From contig CM052816.1 of the NCBI GenBank assembly GCA_028534125.1, positions 67,396,001 through 67,460,000 on the forward strand: DNA of 64,000 bases, written 5' to 3'. Positions 26,823-38,344 of the stretch are shown here, in pieces. Source of the stretch: Lama glama (Eukaryota). Position 1 is the stretch's first letter. Each line of letters starts with the position of its first letter. The notes under the pieces were generated by a model, which was not told the origin of the DNA, did no database searches, and saw only the letters and a program-made list of their open reading frames with translations. Made by a program: the position numbers and the translations under genes.

Positions 26823-27439
26823 GTAGGGCTGGGACAGTTGTATTTTTTAAAGCTCCCTAACTAATTCCACTACACTTTCTGGTTTGAGAACCACTGAACA
26901 GAAGAGAGAACTGATGTGTGCTGAACAGGTCTAAGGGAGAGGATATAAAAATGTAAGTCAAGTTTTGGTGGCAGAGAAGGGTAAGGAAGCCTACTGGAGT
27001 CTGGGACTTTGGGGCCATGAAGGGGCCACCTAGGGTAACACTCAGATTTGGGAGACGGCACCCAGGTGAAAGGAATGCCATTGTAGGGGTGGCGTGGGCA
27101 CTGGAGAAAGATGGCCACTTGTCTACCCCAACCTGGTCCGGGCTCATAGTGGTCACAATCAGTCCTGTTTGCTCTTTGGTCTTCTCTTCCACAGCCTGGC
27201 AGTCACCAAGTCCTGTTAGTTCTTCCTCGTCAGCCTCTCTGAAATGTGACCCTTCCGTGTCTACAGTTGCCACTTTAATTCTGGTATCAAGGCAGGGGCA
27301 AGGTCAAAGAGAAGGGCCTATTCTAAAACATTGCCCTTACAGAACCATTTATTTAAAGACATTCTGCTGGTTCTATTTGGGTGTTTCAAAAGATACTTTC
27401 CAGATTCACATAAACCTTCAAAAAGTGATGACACGTAGA

Positions 27440-28640
27440 CACCTGGTTTACCAACAGCCAACCAAGCACCCATATTATCTCCTAGATCCTTTGGCAACTT
27501 TGCTATGGGAACAGGAAAGGCATATGAGAGGTATAAACCCCCAGGGACAAAGTTACAGGAGAGGACGTGACAGCAGAAGTCCTGCTAGAGGGGAGAAAGT
27601 AAAGAAACACAAACAATTTCCAAGAACGCTTCACTGCCCAGCAAGGTAAATGCAAGTAACCTACACAAAGATCTTCACAAAATTCCACAGGCCTAGGGAT
27701 AAACAAAGCTCCTGGAAAGAAGAAAGCAGGTCACGTACAGAGGATCAAGATCAGAATACCAGCAAGCTTCTCAACTGCAACCAGAAGGACTGAAAGGCAA
27801 GGGAGGAATTCTGCAGGAAAAAGGGTACCAACCTGGAAATACATATCCCACCAAAGTATATATCAAGAATTAAGACATGTTCAGACTTGCAAGGAACTCA
27901 AAAGGGACTAAACCAAGACGAGCAAAACGTGCGTTAGAAGATAAACTGAGGCCTATGAAAAATTTTAAGAGCTGATTTCAGAAAAAACCTATTCGGATCA
28001 GGCAGCACCAAACCAGAAGCAAAGCAAGGAGGTTACTGACTGGCTGCAGCAGAAAGCCCTGTGATTGGCAGTCCCTAGGTTTCAATTTCTTAACCTTGAA
28101 GCATTTACAGGCATAGGTTTCAGTTTGCTTTTGTAGGCCCCAAGGCACTAGAGCCCCGTCCTACTAGTGGCCTCCTTGGTTCTTCATTTAACACATGGAA
28201 CTCGGACATGAGGAGATTCAGTGGGGTGGGCAGCAAAGGCAGGTTGGAGGATGAGAGCCCTGCAAGCTCACAGCACAAGCAGTTCCGTTTCCAGCGAGAA
28301 GACTTGGAAAAAGATATGCAGTACATCTGGTAATTTGGAAAACGTCACTGGCATTTGACAAATCTGATGATGTGCATGGAAAAATCAGTGACAAGTGCGT
28401 AGAAAAGCTACGTCAATGAAAAAGTGAAGCAATTAACTCCCAGAAAACAAATTTTTTAATTTTAAAAAAAGTGAAAAAATTACTTCAGTATTTAGCTCAG
28501 CAGTAAAGAATACTGTCTATCAAAAAATGTGATTATTATGTTTATATCAGGAGATGGGGGAAGGGTTTGGGTTGGGAGAATGAGAGCAAACGTTCATCTA
28601 CCATGTTGTAAAGCCAGCAGCTAATGTCTCAGGTTATTAA
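27440..28640 (+). mobile_element. Ancient HAL1/L1ME-like fragments
   Basis: gcaggtcacgtacagaggatcaagatcagaataccagcaagcttctcaactgcaac resembles the HAL1/L1 ORF1 C-terminal region. Boundaries are approximate. Confidence 0.55.
27932..28193. mobile_element. Old, internally deleted ERV1-type LTR inserted in the LINE fragment
   Basis: (c)gttagaagataaactgaggc...catttaaca termini. The flanks cgtg and catg fit a 4-bp TSD with CpG decay. Confidence 0.6.
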
Positions 28641-29769
28641 GTGGAGAAATAAGAAATAGAGCTTAATATGTGAACTCTGAGAGACACAGATGGGAAGGAG
28701 CCTTTTCTCTGAATTCCTATTGGGAGCTTTTGAATTTTGAACCATGTGAATAATAGCTTTTCTGGAATTACTACATTGGTTAAAAGACTCAACACATGGA
28801 ATCTCTCTGGCAGGATATTCCATGAACTACTTATAGTTGCCATTAGTGAAGGATCTGTACTTTTTAAATCTGTACTTTTTATTGTATTATTAAATAGATA
28901 CATATTTTTCCACAGGCTTCTGGGGAGTAAGACTGGAGAGAATGAAGGGTTGGAGAGGGTAGGAGTCTTTTTTACTATCATTTTCTATTTTTATATACAA
29001 AAAGCTTCTTTGTATTAATTTTTTGCTTTATTTTAAACAATGTACATGTTATCCTACATGTAAATTAAAATTAATTTTAAAAAATGAAAGCTATGGTATT
29101 GCTTTTTGGACACCAAAGGTAAACATTGTATATTCTGCACCATTAGTCCAGCAAAGATGGTTCTGACCTGCTCTTTCTGTAGCCCAGGGGTTTCTAAATC
29201 ATGGAGAGCTCTTTGGCTCCCTCTGCTGGTAAGAGATACACTTACAATACACTGTAAAAGAATTACAGTCTTAGTGCTAAGACCCTCAGGTAAGCTAACA
29301 AATTCATTATCTGAGTAGTTTCATGTCTATGTAAAATCCCATTAACCTCTCTGAGTATGTTCTGCGTTCACTGGTGATGTCACATAAGGAAACATTTCCA
29401 TTTTATACTTTTCTGTGAATTTCAGAGACCTTTTTCCCCCTTAGTCAATATTTTCACTTACTTCAAGTCTTATTTTCTGGTACTCAGAGATGCTTTTCTC
29501 TCGTGCTAGAATGGTGAAGAGAACACCAAATAGTAAATTTATGAAATTTTCACCCTTGTCAAGTAAGGGTGATGTGCATGGAAAAAATCAGTGGACAGAA
29601 ATAAGCTCTCTGAAGACTTGTTAGACTTTGCTGTTTGAGGCAACTTTCTCCATCTCCTGAGCAGGTGGGAGGGCTCCCAGGAGAGAGCCCAGACAGCTGA
29701 AAATTCACCTAGTCTCACCCGCATATCTGCAGATAGAGAGAGTTAAAGAACACCTTTATAGATTTTCTT

Positions 29770-31200
29770 TATTTTTGAATACCTAAGTAATACATGCTTG
29801 CTTTAGAAATTAGAAAAATAGCTTTATTTTTTAAATTGGCACAGACACTTTTAAATTGGCACAGATATTTTTAAACTTTAAAAAAAATTTTTATACTCTA
29901 CGGTCCAGCGATTTTACTACTTGATGACTCTTCTATAGAAACAGGAACATATGTTCAAGGCCACAGGAGTGGCCATTGTGGCACTGTTTGTAATAGCTGA
30001 AAAATGGGAACAATCTAACTCCCCATCAGCAGGGGAATAGCTAAATAGATGGCTGAGGATTTATGCTAAGGCATCCTACTCAGGAATTTAGAAGAATAAG
30101 TAGTTTACATGTACCATCAGGCATATATTTTTTAAAAATACTGTGGAATGAAGAAGTGTATTGTAGAAAGATCCACACAGCATGGTGTCATGTACTTTTT
30201 AATACTACAAATTCTGCCCATGTACATATGTAACCATGCAAATACACGGAAAATATCAGGAAGCTCACAAACTAAACACATAACAAGGGAGAGGAAAGGG
30301 AGGAGGGCCAGGAGTGATACTCAAAGGAGCCAACCTACAAAATATGAGTCCACTAATTACTTAAGTAATTAAAGGGGAGGGTATAGTTCAGTGGTAGAGC
30401 ACATGCTTAGCATGCACACGATCAATCCCCAGTACCTCCATCAAAAAAATTAAAAATTAAAAGATAAACTTTAAAAAAATTTAAGTAACTAAAAATTAAT
30501 GTAAAGATAATCATGTTTCTATCACCATCCAATCCCACCTCCCTGGAAGTAATCAACCTTGAGTCCTTCCGTAACTTTCTCTACTTTCATACAAAGATAT
30601 ACAAATATACATGCAATACACTGTTTTCTTTTTTTAATTTCCTAAAATAGGATCAGACTATAGATAATATTCTACAATTTTCTTTTTTCACTCCATAATA
30701 TTTTAAAGACAACTTTTCAGGTAATATATAGATATATTTCATTCTTTGTTTATAGTTTCACTATAATCCATAGTATGAATGGATCATAATTTATTCAAAA
30801 TTCAAATCATAATTTATTCAAAATTCCCTTATTTATGAACATTTCAGCTGTTTCTAGTGATTTTTTGCTACCATATTCCATAAATATGTGATATATACAC
30901 ATATATCACTTACATATAATATGGTGGCAAAAATACTGATATATATACATAGAAATATAAAATCATACGAAATAGCAAAAAGAAAGAACCAAAACTATTT
31001 ATCTCTGCATCCTGGCACTTTTTCCTAGGAGTGCTGGATCAAAGGGCATAAAATTTATGGTTTATTAGATAATGAAAGCTATTTTCCCCAAAGAGTCACA
31101 CTCCCACCAGCAATACCAGATGCTTCCCATTCCCCCACACACACACTCACATGTGTGTTCAGATACTCTCAATCTATCGCCAGATACAAGATGTGCATGG
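29770..31200. mobile_element. Patchwork of ancient L1ME-type fragments in both orientations
   Basis: cactgtttgtaatagctgaaaaatgggaacaatctaac (+) and ataatttattcaaaattcccttatttatgaacatt (-) are typical L1ME 3' motifs. Confidence 0.6.
30374..30480 (+). mobile_element. Vic-1-like SINE with a deletion affecting the B box
   Basis: ggggagggtatagttcagtggtagagcacatgcttagcatgcac...tcaatccccag lacks ggtcctgggt. 12/13-bp TSD ttaagtaa(t/c)taaa at 30361-30373 and 30481-30493. Confidence 0.9.
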
Positions 31201-31389
31201 GGATCTAAGCAAGATCATCCACCACAGCCTCCTTGCTTTACCAGTGCAGAAGCTAATACCTAAAGACATTAAATTATTTACCCAAATCACACAGCACCTA
31301 AATAAATGAACTGGAAAACAGAACCCAAGTCACTTGCCCGGCATCCACTCCCCTCTTCATCTAGATAACAGCTCCCTGATTTAGGGGAC

Positions 31390-31893
31390 GATAGTGGGCA
31401 GAAAAATGCCCCCAGCAATGATGTCCATGTCCTCGCCCCCAGAACTGTGTGTGTGTCACCTTACATGGTAAAGGGACTTTTCTGGTGGATTAAGTTAAGG
31501 ATTTTGAGATGGGAGATGATCCTGGGTTTATCTGGGTGGTCCCAGTGTAGTCCCAAGGGTCCTAGTAAGTGAAAGAGGGATAGATGCAGGAGAGGAGAAG
31601 AGGAGATATGAAAACAGCAGCAAACTTCGGAGTGATGTGACTGCTGGCTTTGAAGGGAGAAGAGGGCCCTGGGCCCTCAGAATGCGGGCAGCCTCTGGAA
31701 GCTGGAACAGGCAAGAAAATGGATTCTCCCCTAGAACCTCCCGAAGGAATGCAGCCCTGCTGATACCTTGACCTTAGCTCAGTGAAACCTATCTCAGAAT
31801 TCTGACCTCCAGAATGGCAAGATAATATTTTGGTGTTGTTTTAAGCCATTTAGTTCATGCTAATCTGTTACAGCAGCAAAAGAAACTAAAATG
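31390..31893 (+). mobile_element. MaLR LTR, MLT1D-like
   Basis: caccttacatggtaaagggacttt...ggattctcccctagaacctcccgaaggaatgcagccctgctga...tgttacagcagcaaaagaaacta. Confidence 0.88.
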
Positions 31894-32714
31894 AGGACAG
31901 CACCAGCTTCCTACCCTGCAGTTAGGATGGGGAATACAGAAGACACAGCCAAGGGCATATGACCCAGGCTTGGGTAATCAGCATGTGCCATGCCCCAGGC
32001 CTATGTGACTCATGGATTGGCAGGCCACCAACACTGGCCTACACGTGTCAGACCCAAAACTTGTATTGGAACTGTTTGTTAAACAGAATTTCTATTTTTC
32101 ACTAGATTTTGCCTGAAAGCATATAAGCTTGGAACTTCCCAGGGCAGCTGTGAGGGGAAAGCCTGCTTGAGAACAGAACCACACAGAAATGGACAGAGTT
32201 TGGAGATGGACAGAAACAGCTTCCTCCCCAGTGTTGTTTACACACTTGATCAACCTAAGTCTGAAGAAAACTTCAGTTTCATCATTTGTAGCCTAAAAAA
32301 AATCTGCCTAATTCACCAAGTTCTGAGTCATATGCTTGTAAAGTGATAGTTCTTTCTGAAGATAATTTTAAGTTATTTCTTAAGATAACTGATACACTAT
32401 AAAACTATACAAAACCATAGTACTATCTAAAAGCACAAGATTAATAATTATTTGATAAAGCATTAATACTTATATGATTAAGTACAATAAGGAGAATCAC
32501 ATTTCAGTTAAAAGCAGAATGAACGTAAGTTTCACAGGGAAAAAAAGACCTTACAGACTTCATAGGTTGTAAGATATAAACATATTCTCAAATTACAGTC
32601 TTTTCCAGAAATCTTTAAGAATATGCAATCCACTTGGGGACAAATACCAGGAAGAATAGTGAGTACCTCTAGCTTTTCGCTCTGACCCTTAGAAAGAAAG
32701 TTCATGTTGTAAAC

Positions 32715-32935
32715 CAGCCTATTGACGACAGATACAAGCCTAGAACAAAGGTAGCCACTTGGTTTTGTAAATAAAGTTTTATTGGAAAATATCTACACTC
32801 ACTTGTTTACATATTGTCTATGGCTGCTTTCCCACTACAAAAGTAGAGGTGAGTAGCTGCAGGAGAAAGCAAATAGCCCACAAGCCAAAAATGTTTACTA
32901 TCTGGACCTTTAGAGAAAATTTTTGCCAACCTTTC
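32715..32935 (+). mobile_element. MER58A (hAT-Charlie)
   Basis: ttttgtaaataaagttttattggaa...tttacatattgtctatggctgcttt...tttactatctggacctttagagaaaa. Confidence 0.85.
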
Positions 32936-32999
32936 AACTAGAGGGATGCCTTACTCCAGGTCAGGCTGGGAAATAATGGCTCCATCAGAGTTACAGTTA

Positions 33000-33240
33000 A
33001 AAGTATGGAAGCAGCCTAGGCGTCCATCAACAGATGAATGAAGAAAGAAGCTGTATGTGTACAATGAATATTACTTGGGCATAAAAATTAATGAAATTTT
33101 GCTATTTGCAACAACATGGATGGACCTGAAGGGTATTATGCTAAGTGAATAAGTCAGTCAGAAAGACAAATACTCTGTTATCACTTATACATGGAACCTA
33201 AAAATGAAAACAAATTAATGAATATAACAAAACAGAAAAA
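33000..33240 (+). mobile_element. L1 3'-region fragment
   Basis: tggaagcagcctaggcgtccatcaacagatgaatg...caacatggatggacctgaagggtattatgctaagtgaa. Confidence 0.85.
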
Positions 33241-33947
33241 GCAGAAGTATGGTTAGACTAGTCTAAAAGGAGAGTTAGACTTCCCATCAAACCAAACTCT
33301 CCCGAATGCCAGAGTGCCTGTTACGTGCAGCCATTGTGCTAGGTGCAGGCACCGTGCTAGGTGCTGGGGACATAAAGATGAAGAGCATCCCGACCCTGAC
33401 CTCTCCGAGCTTCCTATCTACTGGGACACACAGATATAGAAGCAACCAGAGCACAGCATGGATTTGAGGGATGCATTTAAACAAAACAATATATAAAGAA
33501 TGCTTGGCACCATGTCTAATACACAGTAAGCAATTAATAGATGGTAGCTCTTAAGTTTTAGCAATTTTTATTATAATTTGTTGAGAGCCACTTAGCCCTA
33601 GCTGGAGAGGTCCGAGGTGAATCACTGGGTTAGGCGCTGAAGCAACGCAGCAAGAATGAACAGCGTGACTCAGAGCATGGCTTCAGGGAATTAGGCTGTG
33701 AGCTCGAAAAATAACGATTTTGTCAGAGTAATGTGGAGGTCTGAAGCTCAGCAACTGCACAAGGGAAGAATCTCTTAAAACATCTGAGACTCACTTGTGA
33801 AGGATTCTTCGTGTTGCTAACATACAAAGAGCAAAGGGAAGAAGGCAGAGACAGGATCAAGGAAGAGTTTGTTCTAGGATAAAGAAGTACTAAAAGGCTT
33901 GTAGGCACAGCGGAGAGAAAAGGAGACCAAAAGGAAGAAAGAAAGAG

Positions 33948-34319
33948 TGTTGCTTAGAAAACTGGCCCTAAATATGGAGTACAGAGAACCCGAAGGAAGA
34001 GGCAGGCCACTCACTGCAGACGGGCAGGTGGCGGGTTTAAGAAACAGGACTTACATAGGAGGCTTGTCTTGGGCGCCGCAAGAAGAGCAGATCTCCGCAC
34101 TGGCCGTCATAATCTTAACATTTGTATAAAGTCTTTAATGGGGTTCAGTCATATACACAGGCTGTCCAGATGGTCTCAGCAACACATCGCCCGCTCAAGG
34201 CCGAGGCCTCCGGGCGGCTCCTGACGCAGGGAAGGCAACGAGATGCACGTTCCGAGGGGCGGGGCCTCCGGCTGCGGGGCCAGCGCGGGGTCACGTCTCC
34301 TCCACGACCTCCTCCCTCA
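33948..34319 (-). mobile_element. ERV 3' LTR with a CpG-rich U3 end
   Basis: On the minus strand it runs from TG (34319) to CA (33948). It is directly preceded by a purine-rich tract gaggggcgggg (about 34320-34330) and the env stop codon. Confidence 0.75.
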
Positions 34320-34340
34320 CCCCGCCCCTCGGGCCGGCTC

Positions 34341-34945
34341 TCACAGCCTTACATGCCTGGCTCTTCCCCACGATCCCTCAGTAGAGGGGTCCATTCGCAT
34401 GGAGCCGGCTCGGTTGGAGGCTTTCTGGCTACACTGGATCCCACAGCAGCACACGCAAGAGAAAACACAGACCGAGATGATGATTCTCAAAATAAGTAAT
34501 TTTTCCCACCCTGACCTCCGTGATCTGAACCACTGACCACTAAGTCCACTGGGCTGGGGGGCAGATCAGCCAGGGCGTTCACGTGTGTCCTCATGCGATT
34601 TAATAAACATGATACGTTTGCAGACCCATCAGGTATGAACACATAACGCTTCTTTTAGGTAATGGCACAGGTGCCTCCTTGGAGGGAGTCATAGTGTCCA
34701 AGGCCATCCTATTTGGAAGGGCAGCTTCCCACATTAGACACTTCAGAGTTCAGTAGGGACCGGCTTTACCAGCCATCGTGTACTGCTCGCTGGGTGAATT
34801 TAGTAAGGGCTTCTACGTATGTATCATGCCCTCTAGACCAACAAAGTGGCCAAATGATGGAATCCGTGCAAAGTAGAACATGCCCATCTGGCCTCAAGGA
34901 GAGGGAGGTTGGCAGCTGCAGGAATTCGATTTGGTTGTGCCGATC
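34341..34945 (-). pseudogene. Disrupted endogenous retroviral env (SU C-terminus plus the gamma-type TM subunit)
   Basis: My manual minus-strand translation across frameshifts: AANLPLLEARWAC|STLHGFHHLAT...VEALTKFTQRAVHDGW*SRSLLNSEV...MWEAALPNRMALDTMT/QGGTCAIT*KKRYVFIPDGSANVSCLLNRMRTHVNALADL.../WFRSRRSGWEKLLILRIIISVCVFSCVCCCGIQCSQKASNRAGSMRMDPSTEGSWGRARHVRL*. Confidence 0.88.
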
Positions 34946-35339
34946 ATATGTGTTGGCCGGCGGAGGCAGCACTGTACAGTGTGAGGAGATGGACTGGGGC
35001 AGGCAGAGTTAGGATTCAAACCGAAGCTTTCCAACACTAGTGTTAATGACCTTACCTTTTCCCATAATGTTCCTCAGGTGGTTAGTGACTGTCTCAGGCC
35101 TTGGACGCTTTAACTTAAAATGGGGTCTTCTCTCTTCAGCCACTTGCCAGCATTTGACACCATCCTCCACCTACCTCCCTGGCTCCAATATACTTCCCTA
35201 GTCTTCTTGCTGACCGCTGCCCCGCCTGTTCCCTGCCCTTTGAGTCCCCTGCACCTTGCCTTCGTTTGCTGGGCCACACCTCTCCATATGCTCCTCTCCC
35301 AACCCAGTCCTGTCCACGCAGGTCCTTGTTAATTAACTT

Positions 35340-35925
35340 CTGCCTGATTTTAAATGAAATACTAACTTAAAGTGTATAATTTGCGATGTGTCTTTATGAC
35401 AAGAAAAGTGACAACAACCTGGTTAATAAGTGTCATCATTTCAAAAAGTATTTAAGATTAGCCACTGAACACGAAAAATTGAAATGCCTGAGATCTAACA
35501 TTTAATTCATACGTGAAACACATTTCATAGAGTTTTTCTCAGTTTAACAATTCTAAAAACTTACAAGTTGTGAAAGTAAAAGAAGCATTTCTAAACCGTC
35601 AATAATAAAAGATAAATCTCAGTCAAAAACACTAGAACGAAGAGTGGATCATCTTTCTATGCCACTTTGAAAAATAAGAGAATGAGAAAATGCAGCCAAA
35701 AACTGTACTGGAAAGAGTATCATAAAGGTATGTCTGTGAACTAATTTTAAAATGTTATTTTTCTGAATTTTGTGAGTTTGTAGCATTTATCATTTTTTTA
35801 ATTTATAATCTGTTGCAATTTGTTCTCATTCTAAAAAGAAGCCTCTTTCGTTTGTAATTTTGAATTTTTCTTAAAGAAAGCACCCAAACTGCATAAATTT
35901 TAGGCTCCACAAAATCTTAATCACC
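35340..35925 (+). mobile_element. hAT-Tip100 (Arthur/Zaphod-like) transposon fossil with a transposase C-terminal remnant
   Basis: 35563-35661 translates TSCESKRSISKPSIIKDKSQSKTLERRVDHLSM, resembling the hATC dimerisation motif (..S.ER.FS.L..IK...RS.M...RL..L). Confidence 0.75.
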
Positions 35926-35943
35926 CCAACTAAGGTGGGATGG

Positions 35944-36455
35944 TGTGTTAGTTTTATATAGCTGCTTTAACAAATTACCACACACTTAGAGGCTTAAACA
36001 ACACAAATTTATTACCTTACAGTTGTGTAGGTCAGAAGTCCTACATGGGTCTCACTGGGCTAAAATCAGTAGCAGGGCTGTATTCTTTCTGGAGGCTCTA
36101 GGGGAGGATCCTTGCCTTTTCCAGCTTCTGAAGGCTGTCCGCAGTTCTTGGCCTGTGATCCCTTCCTCTGTCTTCAAAGCCAGTAACGACGGTCAGCTCC
36201 TTCTCATATCCCATCACTCTGACCTTCAGTAGTCACATCTCCCTGACTTACTCTCCTGGCTCCCTCTTCTACTTTTAAGGACCTTTGTGACCACACCGGG
36301 CAAACGTGTGTAATCCAGGATAATCTCCCTATTTCAAGGTCAGTTGATTAACAAGTTAACTCCATCCACAGTCTTAATTCCCTTTTGCTGTGTAAATCCC
36401 ACAGGTTCCTGGGATTATGACAAGGACATCTTTGGGAATTATTCTGCCTATCACA
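35944..36455 (-). mobile_element. MaLR LTR, MLT1D/E-like
   Basis: tgtgttagtttt...gctgctttaacaaattaccacacacttag...taatccaggataatctccctat...ttattctgcctatcaca. Confidence 0.85.
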
Positions 36456-38344
36456 GAAGATGTAAGCCTGGACCCTGTGCACCTCCGCTGTGCAGGCTTC
36501 TCCACACCCACACCCAGTCCCAAAGAACAAAGCTACCAACAGAAGGGTAAACCTCAGGAGATAGGGCAAGCTGTGTATTGGAGAGGGAGAAACAGAGAGG
36601 AGACAGGGAGAGAGGTAGAGGGAGTACTCATAGTCTTGGTAACACTGAGTCCCTGACTCTGTCCCCTGTTCTTCCTTGCCATTCATCAATCAAGTTCGTT
36701 CCTATTCTGCTTGCATAAACTTGAGTTTAGTTTCTGTCACTTGCCACCAGCAGAATCATGATTAATAGTACAGTCATTTATTGAGAGTCTACTATATGGC
36801 AAGCACTGGGAAACATTTTACATGCACTTGGGGTTTTTTGATCCTCATAAGCACCCTGCAAAATATTAGCTTTTGCATTCTGAAAGTGAGTAAGTTAAGG
36901 CTCCATGGTGTGAACTGTAACAGAGCAGGAACCTGTAGGGCCTTCCAGGGTCAGACCCCTTCCCTGTTACCTCTGCTGCAGCTCCTCTCTGAAGCACCCA
37001 GATAATAGGATATCATGCATATTTCCTGAGATTTTCAGATACTTAAAACCACCACAAAAGGGAAGAAGTTAATTACTTGATGATCGAGCACATAGGGCCC
37101 CCATACCTTCTGGCACCCCACCCAGTGGTTTTTTTAGTTCTTCCAGTCTTTCCTTTTAATCACTTTGAGGAACTGCCACAAAACAAAAACCAACAATCAG
37201 AACCAAAACCAAAAAAACCTCTCTCCCATTTCCTCACACTGCATTGAACCTGAACTGGCCATCCCAAAACCAAGAATCTCACTCTTAGTTCTTTCCACTA
37301 CATTGACCATCAAAGTGATTGAATGATCTTCTGTCTTTTTAATAATTTAGGTAGTAAAAGGAACTCAATACATCTAAGGCATGTCATCAAATTTGCCAAA
37401 TTTCTTAATAATACCTGGGATGAATGTCTACATTTTCCACTTACTGTGAATATGGTCACCCTCGCTCTTTTGATTAGGAGTATGTAAGCCTACAAGTTCA
37501 TAAAGTAAAAAAAAAAAAAAAACCTCATATTTTGGAAGAGGCATAACAAGAAAAAATTAAACTAAATTAAAGGAAAATTTAAAATATGCTGGAAATCCCT
37601 AATATGAAATAAATGCCTTCTCTCAAAAGAAATGCAGACCCATAAGGGGGTGAAATAATAAAGATTTGAACCATAGGCAAGAGGTGGCTTAGGAACTCTA
37701 CCAAGTATACAACTCACCTCTCTCATCAGAGGAAACTAACTACAACAATGGGAACCACTCAACTTTCCTTGGCAACAGGAGAGTGAGAAACTGGGGTATG
37801 TAAATTGGTCAGCTCCATAACTCTAGTGAGAAACTACTCAGTAATGAATATTATTTCAACATGTATCAACATAATATGGGAGGTAGAAATGGAATGTATG
37901 TGAAGACTGATATTTGCAAGATAATTCAGAGTGGAAGTCTTATTAATACACAGAAGTAGCAACCTAAACCCAAATTGGTCACAAGATTGAAAAATAATGC
38001 ATGCAATATTTTTTCCTAAATTGCTTTGCAGTATTATGCCACCTGAGGGCACCAAAGATTTAAAAATATTTTCACCATGGTTTCTGAAGTTCCTCAAATT
38101 TTTTCAATAAACATTTGTTGAACACTATTAATATGTTTTATAGACAAGGAGCTTATGTATCCTTATGAATAAGGATACAAAGATAAACGAAACACGACCA
38201 CTCACCTTGGTGAGTGAGCTCAAGTTCTGGTTCGCGGGGGGGGGGGGCCTCAGCGCTGCAAAGGAGAATGTCATTTTTTAAATTAATTACTGGCATTAGA
38301 TACAAGCATATCTAATCTATTCTTGACAGTCTTTCTCTAAGTAG

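Larger units (their letters stand above)
25617..26896 (+). mobile_element. MER5-type DNA transposon split by LTR insertions
   Basis: Terminal inverted repeats cagtggtttccaaa (from 25617) and tttgagaaccactg (to 26896). The halves rejoin across the GTAG TSD. Confidence 0.75.

Noticed and set aside
27017..27649. 210-aa plus-strand ORF, the longest in the track
   Set aside because: No recognisable domain, and it runs into ancient LINE-derived sequence. Consistent with a chance ORF.
34122..34536. Plus-strand ORFs of 125 and 97 aa over the CpG-rich patch
   Set aside because: These are antisense readings of the GC-rich LTR and env. Stop codons are rare there because of base composition.
34341..34945. 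Functional syncytin-like captured env gene
   Set aside because: In-frame stops, frameshifts, loss of the furin site and CX6CC motif, and absence of most of SU.
38236..38248. Poly-G run as a possible G-quadruplex element
   Set aside because: An isolated homopolymer beside decayed repeat sequence. Its length is unreliable and there is no supporting context.
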